Source: Naegleria gruberi (Eukaryota). Taken from it: a stretch of 64,000 bases of DNA. Shown one piece after another: positions 11,654 through 22,486 of the stretch. How positions within the stretch are numbered: the stretch's first letter is position 1; each line of letters starts with the position of its first letter. The notes under the pieces were generated by a model that searched no databases, was not told the origin of the DNA, and saw nothing but the letters and a program-made list of their open reading frames with translations. A program made the position numbers and the translations under genes. Location of the stretch: NCBI GenBank assembly GCA_000004985.1, contig GG738907.1; one strand, written 5' to 3'.

Positions 11654-12469
11654 TTATATGGAAATGAGTGGAACAGAAGGATCTCTATAATAATTCTTAT
11701 CAATTACTCTTTCAGAGAGGAAGGTAGTATCAATCTTTGTCCACAATGATCTGTTTGAGGAGAGATGTTCATGAATATCGACGTTTGGTGGTCGATTTGC
11801 AACTTTTTCCTTTTCAATGCAATGAATTCCACCACTTACATACTCCTCAATGCAATAACACTTGGAATCGGTCATGAGATATGGATTCACAACGTCATTA
11901 TTGCCAATTGGACAGTAGACAGCTTGAATTGGTTCATTAACTGTGAATTTTACAATACAAATTCCAAAGAACCAACATTCATTGGCAGATTGTGGAAATC
12001 TGAGTAATACACATGCTCCATTGTAATCTCCATTTTTAGAAGCATATGCTTCTCCATATTCTTCTCTAGTAGTATCAACTCCAATATAAATTTCGAATGG
12101 AGTTTCGTCTGCATTAAATTCCTTGATAAATGCCTTGAAATATGATTCAGATTCAATAATTGGATCTCTGTAATACATGCCATCACGAGAAATGACAGTT
12201 CCATTGTCCAATTCCATATCCTGATGGACCATGCACTCGGAAGTTTCCCTTCTTGCTTGCTTGTTAAAAGTATCTTCGAATATTTTCACAACTTTCTTAT
12301 CCTTTCGAACAAGAAAAACGAAAGAACGACCACCATTATCATGAGTAGCATAACAATCATAATCAGCAAATGATTGTTCGGTAAGATCGGTTTCCTTGAA
12401 GGAAGTAATTTGTGGTACGGTTGTTTGTGTTTGACATTTTTTTGAAGTATTTATTCTGTCAGCAGTCAA
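11654..12469 (-). CDS. Hypothetical Cys-containing protein (no recognised family); true start uncertain
   Basis: A 271-aa ORF whose first called codon is TTG. The first in-frame ATG is far inside (ECMVHQDM). A nearby aaaaaaATG lies in another frame. A short upstream exon or a downstream start is therefore possible. Confidence 0.35.
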   Translation of the reverse strand: MTADRINTSKKCQTQTTVPQITSFKETDLTEQSFADYDCYATHDNGGRSFVFLVRKDKKVVKIFEDTFNKQARRETSECMVHQDMELDNGTVISRDGMYYRDPIIESESYFKAFIKEFNADETPFEIYIGVDTTREEYGEAYASKNGDYNGACVLLRFPQSANECWFFGICIVKFTVNEPIQAVYCPIGNNDVVNPYLMTDSKCYCIEEYVSGGIHCIEKEKVANRPPNVDIHEHLSSNRSLWTKIDTTFLSERVIDKNYYRDPSVPLISI

Positions 12470-12664
12470 ATTTTTGTTTAAATTGCCGGTAAAGAATGTT
12501 ACTGTTTGGATTTTGAGACTGTTTCTAAAGAAAATTGAAAATAGTAACCTTCAGAAGGGTAATACTGTAAATTTTAAGTTACAAAATATTATGATCGTTG
12601 TTTCAACTTTTCTTCGAATGAACTAACACCCTTAGATGAACTTGATTTCCCATTACAAAAAAAA

Positions 12665-13483
12665 ATGCCGTTATCATCATCCTCATGGTTTGGGATGTCC
12701 CAATGCAATGATAGTGCAAATTCAGATGTTGATGAATTCTCCACCGAGAACCAACATGAAAGCAATCTCTTTTCCGATCAATTATCATCGGAAATTGTAA
12801 TTTTAATTGCCTCCTATTTGGATTTACGATCCTTGTATTGTTTTGCTAGAATTGATTCGTTCATGATTAAATTATTATTCAATATGGACAGGAATAGAGT
12901 GATGAAATTGGGTTATTTGAAAACTGTTATAAAAAAGCAGAAAAAGCAAGTGACACAGAATGAATTGATTCAATCAGATTCATTGATTGAGGAATACTCA
13001 AAAGAGGAAGATTGTAATTTTACAATGACACAAGAACAAGTTTGGAAAAATCTCGTCTGTTATTATTTTCCTCAATTTAAAAAGGATTTGACTGTAAAGA
13101 ATTGGATGCATATTATGAGGAGAAGAGTAGCTCATTTGAAATTATACGCTCCTGAACATTTACCTTTGGGAAATAGTATTCCAAGAGAGGTTTTCTCATT
13201 GGATTCTAAAAAGACGAGTAGAAATTTCATTGAGGGATGTGAATTTAATTACAAATGTCCACTTACGATTGAAATGACTGATAGTACGTATGATTGTACA
13301 GTTTGTAATAAGATTGTGTATTATGTTGACAATGAGATTTCATTCAAGACTCATGCTTCTCAAGGTCATTGTATCTATTATAAGAATATTGAAAACAATA
13401 TTGAATTTATGGGTGATATTTATGTACCTCCGGTTACTGGGCGTACCACTGGCATTAGCAATTTTTTTAATTTCCTAAATTAA
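12665..13483 (+). CDS. F-box domain protein
   Basis: A 272-aa ORF opening with ATG. The F-box-like motif is SEIVILIASYLDLRSLYCFARIDSFMIKLL. The C-terminal part is Cys/His-containing (CPLTIEMTDSTYDCTVCNKIVYY...HASQGHC). Confidence 0.5.
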   Translation: MPLSSSSWFGMSQCNDSANSDVDEFSTENQHESNLFSDQLSSEIVILIASYLDLRSLYCFARIDSFMIKLLFNMDRNRVMKLGYLKTVIKKQKKQVTQNELIQSDSLIEEYSKEEDCNFTMTQEQVWKNLVCYYFPQFKKDLTVKNWMHIMRRRVAHLKLYAPEHLPLGNSIPREVFSLDSKKTSRNFIEGCEFNYKCPLTIEMTDSTYDCTVCNKIVYYVDNEISFKTHASQGHCIYYKNIENNIEFMGDIYVPPVTGRTTGISNFFNFLN

Positions 13484-13519
13484 AACTAAGGAATTGAAAA
13501 TAGGTTACAAAAATTTAAG

Positions 13520-14480
13520 TTACAAAACATTGTGTAATTTTGAATCGTTGAATAATTTTCTTCCAAGTCTGATATTCATCTTGACCATTTCACTCTCCAA
13601 TTTTGATTCTGCACTCACAATTACCATAATAAAAGTATTCATTGTAAATTCCTCAAAGAATGCAGAAAAATCACTTTTCACTAGTTCCATACTTGAGAGT
13701 TGGGAATGAGCTTTGGAGCAGCTCAGTTTGAATTGTTTGGTAATGTTGGCAATCTTTTCAAATCTGTGATCATCTTGGGTGACTTTCTCATTGGACCATT
13801 GAGAAATTAGGAGAAAGGTAGATCTTTCGAATAGGACAACTTCTTCAGCTCCACAAATTTTTGCAAATTCTTCGAGTTTGGATTTGATTTCATTAATTTG
13901 AGGAATCAATGTATTGAGAATTGATCCCCAAGCTCTATACAATGACTCATCCCAAATTGAAGTCCTAAAACAAGTCAAATCAGTCAATTCAGCCACAGCC
14001 ATAATTTCCTTTTCCTTCCTTTGTAAAATCTTTTCTCTCTCACTTGGAATTAACACATCAGTCTTATGCAGCAAACAGAATACCTTTGTATTTGATGAAT
14101 TTTCCCCAAGAGCTTGCAAACTTTCATGAAAATCCCTCAAAACTTCCTCATCTCCATCCGTAGAAACATCAAACACATAGACAAGTGCATTCACTTGTGA
14201 AAATATCGATTCTCTCCGATTTTTGAAATAATTCAACATCATATTTTGCTGTCCTCCACAATCCCACAAATTAACCTTCATATTTTCCATCAATTTAATC
14301 GGAATGTATTCCACATCAATTGTCGGAGCTAATTTTCTGCACTCCATCGGAGATGTCATTGCAAATAATATGGAACGCATTGAAGTCTTTCCAGAGCCAT
14401 TCTATTAATTATTTTAATATTCATCAAATCTCTCTTTACACAATTAATTATCATACCTTTCCCATTAACAATAGTTTCAT
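13520..14480 (-). CDS. ragA: RagA/Gtr1-family small GTPase, 2 exons (14457..14480, 13520..14401; intron 55 nt)
   Basis: Exon 1 (MKLLLMGK) is joined across gtatga...aatag to [14 protein letters not shown]. This rebuilds the P-loop GKNGSGKTS. Downstream motifs are DCGGQ and LLHKTD, and the C-terminus is a Rag-type roadblock-like half. It matches the RagA/B pattern [23 protein letters not shown] and not RagC/D. Confidence 0.75.
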
Positions 14481-14570
14481 TTTTTTTAAAATGTGTAAAT
14501 TTAGAAAATGCACTTTATTGTAAAGTTATTTACAATGAATTTTGTAAAGGTTCAACCTTTGTCTCACTAA

Positions 14571-16076
14571 TTATTGATTAGTAAGACCTTCAATAGAATG
14601 TGTTGGGAAGGCAGAGTAGGAAATCAATCCAATGGCTATGAAAATTAGTAAATACGAAATGGCTATCAGAATCTTTTCTGCCAATTTAGTTCCTCTCAAT
14701 TCCAAGAAACACAATCCACAAATAATCGATGTCAAAATGGCAAAGAATGCATGAATGATAATTGGGAAATTACTTCTCCCTCCATATAAATGTTCTGCCA
14801 AGATTAACAGTAAAATGCTGCCATACCAAAATAATCCTTGGAAAATTGAGACAATGAGTCCTAAAATTCTGAAAACTCTGACATTCATACCACCTCCCAT
14901 GCAGACAAATCCACCAGAGCACAGGGCCATCTTTTTGATTGTTCTATTGTAGAGCAACAAGACGAAACATCCCATAAATACGAAAGGATACGAAATTGGG
15001 AATGAAATGCCAATAATAAAAACTCTAGCTCTAAAGAAATCAAATGGAGTATTAGCCAAATTATTTGGATCTACAGTTCTTTGTAACTTGTCAACCAAAG
15101 ATCCTGAACTGGTTGTCACCTTTGCAAGAAATGCAACTTCAAATAGGAAAAAGACAATCCCTGCCAAAGCTCCCAAAAACAATCCAATATAATACTTGAA
15201 GAGAACTCTCATTTTCAATGTTCGTGAAACATTTTTCTGACGTTCTGTCTCCTTCTTTACAACCTCAGTCCAATTAATTGTTTTTTCCATGTGTTCTCCT
15301 TCAGTTCGAGAAACAGTTTCGTCCTCCATTCTCTTCTCTCTCGTATTCTTCTCCACGAAAAAGTATCCCAGACACAGAAACAAAACTCCGAACACTATAA
15401 ATGGTAATGCCACACAAAACACAATTCCCTTCGAATTGGTAAAGATGTATTGAAGTGGATAGGCATAAATGGAAGAATTTGCACCATTCTCATAATCAAC
15501 ATCCTTTCCAGCAACCCAATATGTCATTATATTGAAGAATGAAGCAACTCCATAGACCATTATTCCACTCCATCCGAATCCAATGTATTCACTCGAGAGA
15601 GCCCACATTGAAAAGCCAAACACGACCCAAACAACGTGAGCTACCACCACACCAATCCAATCCTCGACTAGAAATAATCTAGACGAATCTAAACCATCCG
15701 AAACTTGTGAAAGATAGGTCGAATTAGTCGACGATTGATGAAAGTAATATTCCAGTGATGAGATTGGAACTAAACCCTGACAGAATAGCCCTACCAGTGG
15801 CCAAAACACCAAACCAAAGAACATACTAATCAACCAACTATTCTCAAATCTCCACAAAGTTTTCCTGTGAATTAGTTTAGTAAAGACTGGAGTGGGAACT
15901 AGGAAGAGAATGGAAAATATGCCACCAAATGCAGCACACAAGACACCTAGACCTGCGTTTTGTGCTGAGATAATGTCACTGGTAGATGTAGAGTTGGTGA
16001 TGGTGTCATTGACAAGTGACGTTGTGTTGTCTAGTAGTTGATAGATAAAGACATCATAAGATGATAAACTGGACAT
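14571..16076 (-). CDS. Multi-pass membrane protein, possible transporter (family not recognised)
   Basis: The ORF track gives 14571..16166 from a TTG start. The likely start is the ATG at 16076 (aaaaaaaATGtcc, MSSLSSYDV). There are about 10 predicted hydrophobic helices in two halves, separated by a charged loop (EKNTREKRMEDETVSRTEGEHMEK). Confidence 0.4.
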   Translation of the reverse strand: MSSLSSYDVFIYQLLDNTTSLVNDTITNSTSTSDIISAQNAGLGVLCAAFGGIFSILFLVPTPVFTKLIHRKTLWRFENSWLISMFFGLVFWPLVGLFCQGLVPISSLEYYFHQSSTNSTYLSQVSDGLDSSRLFLVEDWIGVVVAHVVWVVFGFSMWALSSEYIGFGWSGIMVYGVASFFNIMTYWVAGKDVDYENGANSSIYAYPLQYIFTNSKGIVFCVALPFIVFGVLFLCLGYFFVEKNTREKRMEDETVSRTEGEHMEKTINWTEVVKKETERQKNVSRTLKMRVLFKYYIGLFLGALAGIVFFLFEVAFLAKVTTSSGSLVDKLQRTVDPNNLANTPFDFFRARVFIIGISFPISYPFVFMGCFVLLLYNRTIKKMALCSGGFVCMGGGMNVRVFRILGLIVSIFQGLFWYGSILLLILAEHLYGGRSNFPIIIHAFFAILTSIICGLCFLELRGTKLAEKILIAISYLLIFIAIGLISYSAFPTHSIEGLTNQ

Positions 16077-16445
16077 TTTTTTTGTGTTGGTTATTTGGAC
16101 ATTTTGCAGTGACAATGTTGTGATGAATTTTTGCCAATAACGTTGATGGCTGACATATGGTGTCAAGTTTTTTCAAACATCATTAAAATTTAGGATGTAG
16201 GTGGCATTTTGGGAATTTCTTTGAGTTTCAGTGAATGTATTTAGGGTGAAGGCCTGTTTTTGTAATAAGGAAGTGATTCAAGTCAATTATTTTTCACACA
16301 AAGTTTACTTGAAAACTGTTAGAAAGTTCTTTAGAATTCAGTGATAATTCTTCAGTCATTCACATTCAAATATTCAAATATTTGTTGCTTTAGAGAATAT
16401 TACCTGATTATCTAACTCAATTCACTTTTTGTAAAGTTTTTATTT

Positions 16446-17237
16446 TCAACGATTGTTACACATGACAGCAATTATGATGATTCCTGTCAAGAAAGCAAAG
16501 AAGAATAGAACGGAGAAAACAATGCTAGCTGCTCCCCATCCAAGTAAATTCTTGTATAAATAGCTATATCTATTAGAAAAGAGAGTTTCTCCATTCGAAT
16601 TCGTATAACAATTCATATAGTCTCCTACTTGTTCTTGTTTCGAAACTTGAACCTTGTCGCTTACCTGCGATCTGAGTACTTTCTCTATCATTGTTAGAGA
16701 AAGTGAACTATTAAACGATGCTAAATTTGGATAATTTGAGCTTGTGAAAGAATTGGTCAACTCTGAATTTGTTCCATTTACAACATATTCAACCATAGCT
16801 CTACAATTAAAATCCAACCACAAATTTCTAGGATAATCCTCAGAGTAATATTCATATAAACTAACATTATTTGGATTAAAATAAAAAGGTGCATTAATTT
16901 CTTCTCTCTTTTCATATTTTTGCGTATCTGTTGTGAGTTTGTAATAAGCAGAATTCGATTTTTGAACTATTTCGATCAGATTTTGTAAATTTGATGGATA
17001 TTTGACAGTAGCTCTGCAAAATGTTGTTCCCCTGCTGCTCGTCTCACAATTTTGTAACGATGTAATTTGACAACAGTTGACCATCTTGAATTTCACAGCA
17101 TCAGGATCATTTACATAGTAATAATCAATATTAATACAGACAAAGGTAACGATAGTACTAATTAAAAAGAGTGCCATTCCAATAAATCCTCCAATCAAAC
17201 AGGAACTTCCCAATATTTTGTAAAATCCAAAAGACAT
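16446..17237 (-). CDS. Hypothetical two-TM membrane protein with Cys-containing extracellular loop
   Basis: The ORF 16446..17348 starts at TTG. The likely ATG is at 17237 (acaacATGtct). It has an N-terminal TM (LIGGFIGMALFLISTIVTFVCI) and a C-terminal TM (AASIVFSVLFFFAFLTGIIIIAVM), with a loop of about 200 aa between them. A tttttcag just upstream of the ATG suggests a 5' UTR intron. Confidence 0.35.
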   Translation of the reverse strand: MSFGFYKILGSSCLIGGFIGMALFLISTIVTFVCINIDYYYVNDPDAVKFKMVNCCQITSLQNCETSSRGTTFCRATVKYPSNLQNLIEIVQKSNSAYYKLTTDTQKYEKREEINAPFYFNPNNVSLYEYYSEDYPRNLWLDFNCRAMVEYVVNGTNSELTNSFTSSNYPNLASFNSSLSLTMIEKVLRSQVSDKVQVSKQEQVGDYMNCYTNSNGETLFSNRYSYLYKNLLGWGAASIVFSVLFFFAFLTGIIIIAVMCNNR

Positions 17238-17643
17238 GTTGTATTTATAATGGTAATAACTGAAAAAAGATGGTTGTGTGTGTTTTCTTTTTGTTTTGAA
17301 TTTTAATGTGGGGACTGGTGATTTTGATGCTGTTGTTGCTGGATGCAATTTCAGTGACTCACAGATGGGTGTGTTGGTTGAGATGTTGCGATGGTTTTAG
17401 AAACAGTTAACAAACAAGGCAATTAGATGGGATCATGAAACTTTTTGAGCTATGGGTCTTCTCATGGCCAGATGGAAGATAAGTTCAATGGGACTTGAGT
17501 AACTTTACCTTCCTAACCGAGTTCTTGGATTCTTGGCTAATGAAAAGCTGGTATCTTGGACTATTAGAAATGTTCAACCAGGTTTGTGCTCAAAAGTCAA
17601 CAAAGCTAATTGGAAGTAAACTATTCGTTTCGAATAATCTGTA

Positions 17644-18186
17644 TTATTTATTTTTGAGTCTTTTCTCAAGATCTTCTGCATCAGATGACATTACAGCATG
17701 CCAAGCAAATTTCAATAAATCCTTTCCATAATTCACAACAATATAATAAATGAGGAGAAGTTTCAAAATTAGTAAAATTGCAAAACGCAGGGCTGAAGAA
17801 AAGATTTCCTCCATCAATCCAGAGATAATTTCACGAATGTTTCCGATAAATGACAATTTTTCTTCTTTTTCTTCTTTTTCTTTAGGAATTTCTTTCTCTT
17901 GATCTGCTGGAATTTTCTTTTTGAAAAATTGGCGGGAAATTACATTATTTAATTGAAAATTATTTGTAGATTTAATTAATTGACCATGTGATGATGGCGA
18001 TGATAGGGGAAGCACTGATTTTGTAAATTTGCAATTCCACAACGGTTTTGTGTTAATGGAGGTAATAACTCGTTTCAACATTTTTTTTCTGAGCGGGAAT
18101 GAAATTTCAGCCAACTGGAAGGTTGCCACATAAAGGTCAATGGAGGATCTTGTTAAGTGTGAGAACACAAGACATAAAAAGAACAA
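17644..18186 (-). CDS. Hypothetical small protein with C-terminal hydrophobic anchor
   Basis: A 180-aa ORF. The alternative start in the aaaaaaaATGttg context is at 18081. The C-terminal segment ILLILKLLLIYYIVVNYG resembles a tail-anchor. Support is weak. Confidence 0.25.
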   Translation of the reverse strand: MFFLCLVFSHLTRSSIDLYVATFQLAEISFPLRKKMLKRVITSINTKPLWNCKFTKSVLPLSSPSSHGQLIKSTNNFQLNNVISRQFFKKKIPADQEKEIPKEKEEKEEKLSFIGNIREIISGLMEEIFSSALRFAILLILKLLLIYYIVVNYGKDLLKFAWHAVMSSDAEDLEKRLKNK

Positions 18187-18592
18187 AAAATGATATTGAT
18201 TTGTAGAAATGATGAGTTTAAGAGAGGATGTTTAGAAAGTTGAGAATTCCCAACTCTATTTGATATTGATTCAATCCCTTCAAATCAAATTCTTGGTATT
18301 TTGTAAAGTACAGAGAATCAAGACGCCATTTCGCTCGATTTATCTCTTAAATTACTGGTCATCTTTTAAAAATCACAAATTGGTTTATTTCAGATTTCAA
18401 TAATTAAATACAACTTTCACTCCATTTCATTGTATTATGAATTGTATATTTTGAATAGTGTTTCTTCAAAGTATTGTTGTTATTATTTTGGCGGGTTGTA
18501 GTTTTCAAAAATACACCATGTGTCACTTGACATTTAGAAAATTCCTTAAATACTGAACTGTTTTCGAGAAATGATTGAATCAAAACAAAAAA

Positions 18593-20473
18593 ATGAATCA
18601 AAACAATAGATTCCTAGTGTTTGCGCTTCTAGGTCTTACTTGCTTGATTAGCTTCATTCTTACTAGCTCTGTAGTTGAAGGTAGAAGAGCTGCAGTTGTG
18701 CGTAAAGTTGCAGCTGTCAAGAAGCAATTGACCTACAAGAAATGTGAATCTGTTGGTGACCCTCATTATCTTTCTTTCACTGGTCAACGTTTCGATCACA
18801 TGGGATTAGGTGATTATGTTCTTGCTCAATCATCTGACAATCAATTCACAGTCCATGTTAGAACTAGTAAGTGGGGAGGTGCTGCAGCTGTCAATTCCAA
18901 TGTTGCTGTCAGATTAGGTAAAGGCGAGGATGATACTTTCGAATATGATGTCGAACAAGATGTTTTTTACCTTTCTGGTGTTAAGGCAAGTTTGGGTGTC
19001 AATCAAAAGGTTTCTCTTGGAACTGGTGATGTTCAAAGAATCAACACAAACACTGCTGTAGTTTCTGGCTCAAATGGTATCAAGATGACCATGTCTTGGT
19101 ATCGTCATGCTGCTTGGAAGCAACAATTGGGTTCTGTTGGTTATATTTCAGTTGTCATTGATGCTCCAAGTGATATTACTTTCAATAAGGGTATGTGTCT
19201 TGGTGCTTCCGAAGCTTCTCAACAAGCCATTGATATTCTCCACAACCATGTCCAAAGAAGAATTGCTAGAAAGGCTGAACTCAAGAAGGCTACTCCAAAG
19301 AGATCTAGATCTGCTAGAAAGGTCTGTAAGAAGGCTGGTTTGAATAAGAAGCAAAATCCATTCGCTTGGAAGTCTTGTGTCAAGGATGCTATTCAATCTG
19401 GATCCAAGATTGGTTTGAAGATTGGTCAAAACATCAAGAAGGTCAAAGTTGCTGAAAAGAAGGTTTTGAAGAAGGAAATCAAGAAGAAGGCTAAGAAGAT
19501 TGTTCGTAAGGAAAAGAAGGCTATTGAAAAGGCAAAGAAGGAAGCTGACTTGTTGAAGAAGAAGGCCGATCAAGCTCAAAAGAAGGCAACTCAAAAGAGA
19601 GCCAAGTGTGCTAAACGTGCTTCAAGAAAGGCCAGACGTGCTGCTAGAAGAGCAAGACGTGCTGCCAAAAGACTTGCCAAGAAGAAGCAAATTCTCAAAA
19701 AGGTCAAGAAAACCATTAAGAGATCTGTTCGTACCAAGATTACTATTGTCAAGAACTGGAAGAAAATCATCAAGAAGGTTTTGAATGATAGAAAGAAGGC
19801 CCTCAGAGCTGCTAAGAAGGCAAGACAAGCTGCTAAGAAAGCTATTAAAGAAGCTTCAAGAAAGGCCAGAAAAATTGCTGAAGAAAAGAAGAGACAAGCT
19901 GAAGAATTGGCCAGAAAGCTCCAAAGAGATGCTGAAGCTGCTGCTAAGAAATTGAGAGATGCTGTTGAAGCTGCTGCTAGAAAGGCAAGAGAAGCTGCTG
20001 AAAGAGCTAGACAACAAGCTGAAAATGCTAAATTGGAAGCAACTCGTCGTGCTAGAGTAAAAGCTGCAAGATTGGCCAAGTTAGCTAGAGAAGCTGCTGA
20101 AAGAGCTGCCAAGCAACAAAGAGCTATCCTTGAACAAATCCAAAAGCTTGCTAAATTGGCTGCTATCAAAAAGGCTCAACAAGAAGCTGAAGCAAAGAAG
20201 AGAGCTGCTGAAGCATTGAGACTTGTTGAAGAAGCCAAGAGAAAGGCTGCTGAAGCTCTTGAACGTGCTAAGGCTGAAGCAACCAGAAGAGCCATTGAAA
20301 TTGCTGACAGATTAAGAAAGGCTGCTGAAAAGGCTGCTGAAGAAGCTGCTAAAAGAGTCAAGATGGTTGAAGAATTGAAGAAGAAAGCCCTTAAGGATGT
20401 TGAAAAGCAAGCTAGAAAGCTCCTTAATGGTGGTGTTTCCAAGGGAAAGACTGTATGTTTCAGACTTCCTTAA
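18593..20473 (+). CDS. Secreted protein: signal peptide + von Willebrand D-like domain with GDPH motif + ~430-aa Lys/Ala/Glu/Arg-rich helical repeat
   Basis: The ATG at 18593 gives MNQNNRFLVFALLGLTCLISFIL, a signal peptide. KCESVGDPHYLSFTGQRFDHMGLGDYVLAQSS matches the VWD start C-x-x-GDPHY-x-TFDG, the motif that flanks the autocatalytic Asp-Pro site in VWD/RGM proteins. From about 19380 to 20440 the sequence is an uninterrupted K/A/R/E-rich helical low-complexity region (KKAKKIVRKEKKAIEKAKKEADLLKKKADQAQKKA...). Confidence 0.6.
   Translation: MNQNNRFLVFALLGLTCLISFILTSSVVEGRRAAVVRKVAAVKKQLTYKKCESVGDPHYLSFTGQRFDHMGLGDYVLAQSSDNQFTVHVRTSKWGGAAAVNSNVAVRLGKGEDDTFEYDVEQDVFYLSGVKASLGVNQKVSLGTGDVQRINTNTAVVSGSNGIKMTMSWYRHAAWKQQLGSVGYISVVIDAPSDITFNKGMCLGASEASQQAIDILHNHVQRRIARKAELKKATPKRSRSARKVCKKAGLNKKQNPFAWKSCVKDAIQSGSKIGLKIGQNIKKVKVAEKKVLKKEIKKKAKKIVRKEKKAIEKAKKEADLLKKKADQAQKKATQKRAKCAKRASRKARRAARRARRAAKRLAKKKQILKKVKKTIKRSVRTKITIVKNWKKIIKKVLNDRKKALRAAKKARQAAKKAIKEASRKARKIAEEKKRQAEELARKLQRDAEAAAKKLRDAVEAAARKAREAAERARQQAENAKLEATRRARVKAARLAKLAREAAERAAKQQRAILEQIQKLAKLAAIKKAQQEAEAKKRAAEALRLVEEAKRKAAEALERAKAEATRRAIEIADRLRKAAEKAAEEAAKRVKMVEELKKKALKDVEKQARKLLNGGVSKGKTVCFRLP
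19380..20440 (+). repeat. Coding low-complexity repeat: ~1 kb of Lys/Ala/Arg/Glu codons (aag/gct/aga/gaa periodicity) inside the VWD gene
   Basis: Visible as reiterated aagaaggc, gctgctaagaa, gaagctgctg units. This creates spurious long ORFs in other frames on both strands. Confidence 0.7.
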
Positions 20474-20858
20474 TTGAAAGTTCTAAAACATTCCGAATGT
20501 TGGAAATGTAAATATTCAATTATTGTAAAATAAAATCATCTATAAAAATTAATGTAAAAAACAGTGAGTGAATAGGAAGTGTAAATATTAATAGAGTAGT
20601 GTATTTAAAATAATTAAATTGAATGAAATTTAAACAACATTTTTTTAACGATGGTCCAGTTAATAGTATTTTAAACAACAATTTTAAAAACAAAAAATTG
20701 GGCGGGAAATAGTTTTAAAAAATAAGGTGACATGAAACTCTCACAACACATCATCAACAATTAAAATACATCATTCTCAATTAATTTAAAATTAGTTGAA
20801 TCCGATTGTATAATGGATCCCGCCATTACATATTGTTTCCATTCATTAATCATAAAAA

Positions 20859-22378
20859 ATGTCTTTGAATATCAATAGTCATTCAGGATCAAGAAATCAC
20901 TCGCGTAATCCCTCACCAATGGTGCCACCAACTTCGATATTGAAGAAGGCTGTGATTCCTCCGAATAATTCGGCACAGAATAGTGTCACAATTAATATGT
21001 CAAAGAATGAAACAAAGAGTACAAGTTTTAAATGTTGTTGGTGCATGGATATTTTGAAAGAACCTATTCAATTATCGAGCACGTGTTCTCATTATGGATG
21101 TGCCAGATGTATCAATCTGTTATTGAATTTTGAAAAGTTGAAACGTTGTTGTGATAAATAGTTGAGAATAGGAAACCTTATGAGATACCATGTCCTTGTT
21201 GTCCCAATAGATTGTCATTGTTGTATGATAAGGTACATTCAGATCCTTCGGTATTTGAGCAGAACCAGGAGGGCTATTATTCTACATTTAACAGTGCTCG
21301 ATCAGATGGATTTGGCGGTGAAAAGATTAATCCTTACCTATTTACTCTTATTGATGAAGAGTTTAAATCACTCGCAGATGAGTATGGTAATACAGAATTG
21401 GAAGGTAGAATGTGTGCCAATTGCGAGACTACTCTAGCTACTTGCCAATGTGAAACATGTAAATTTATTCTTTGTGGTGAGTGTTTTGCCTCCATTCATG
21501 ACCAAAAGTTATTGAGCTCACACAAAAAGGCTGATCTAAGGCCTGGAAATTATATTCCTATTAATGAAAAATGTATGAAACATGGAAAGGATTTGGATTT
21601 ATTTTGTATGAACGATAATGAGAAAGTTTGCAGTTTATGTGCCATATCTGAAACTCACAAAAATCATCAGTGTATTCCTGTAAACGAGCATATTTCACAC
21701 TTACACGATGATTTGAGGGTTCAAGCTGAACATCTATTTGCAGATGATGATTCAGCCATTCATAATGAAATTAGTAATATTACCAGTTTTTTACAACATG
21801 CAAATGATTACTATGTACAGTCTAAGAATTTTATTGAGGAAAACTTTGGAAAAATTGAAGCAGCACTAAAAAAGAGAAAGGAAGGCTTGTTGAACACAGC
21901 TTTAAAAACTTACAAAAATCCCAACATGGAAGAAAAGGTTAAATTGCTGAAAACATTCTCCTTCTCTGGTTGGAGAGATTCTATTGCACGATTTTCACGA
22001 AAGCTCAATGAAGAAGACAAGATTAATCAAACATCTAAACGATTGGAATTCATTGAAAATCATCTCACCATTGATCACATGTTGAACTCGGGAGATATCA
22101 TACCTGGTAATAATTTGGAATCTAGTCAAGAAGATAATGCTTATTCCAGATCTCAAACACCAATGTTGGAGGATGGTATTGTTTCAGATATTATCAATAT
22201 GATTGAAATGATTACGATATCAAAAGATGAACATGCTCAAAATCAAGAAAATATCAAACATGATAAGAAATTCAAATCAATAATCGGAGACATGATGCAC
22301 CAAAATGAAAATTCAATACGAAAGTCCATTTCCATCACTTGTTTGAGCTCTAAAAAACGATTAGGATCTACGCAATAA
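20859..22378 (+). CDS. RING + B-box1 + B-box2 + coiled-coil (RBCC/TRIM-like) protein, 2 exons (20859..21118, 21172..22378; intron 53 nt)
   Basis: Exon 1 carries the first part of a RING (CCWC...STCSHYGCARC). A read-through stop at 21159 is avoided by the donor gttattg at 21119 and the acceptor aatag at 21170-71. The junction codon ct|g then restores CARCINL|KPYEIPCPCC, a complete C3HC4 RING. B-box1 is CANCETTLATCQCETCKFILCGECFASIH. B-box2 is CMKHGKDLDLFCMNDNEKVCSLCAISETHKNH. A coiled coil follows. Confidence 0.6.
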
Positions 22379-22486
22379 TCTCATTCAATCATTATTTGCA
22401 TTCTTTCAATAAAGTATAATATTAGGGATGTAAATTGATCTCCGATCCTTTATTTACAGAGATATCACAATAGTGATTCAAATTTT

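Noticed and set aside
19148-20442. Long antisense and alternate-frame ORFs (19591..20169 minus, 192 aa; 19148..19594 minus, 148 aa; 20176..20442 minus; 19107..19343 plus) rich in Leu/Ala/Ser
   Set aside because: They lie entirely inside the K/A/E/R codon repeat of the VWD gene. Reading a periodic aag/gct/gaa repeat in other frames or on the other strand trivially yields stop-free L/A/S-rich ORFs. Nothing supports them over the sense gene.
21155-21161. In-frame stops (taa at 21155-57 in the B-box frame, tag at 21159-61 in the RING frame) that would make the RING exon and the B-box ORF two separate genes
   Set aside because: A 53-nt GT-AG intron (21119..21171) removes both stops. It restores the last Cys pair of the RING (IPCPCC) at the correct spacing, so a single RBCC gene is far more parsimonious.
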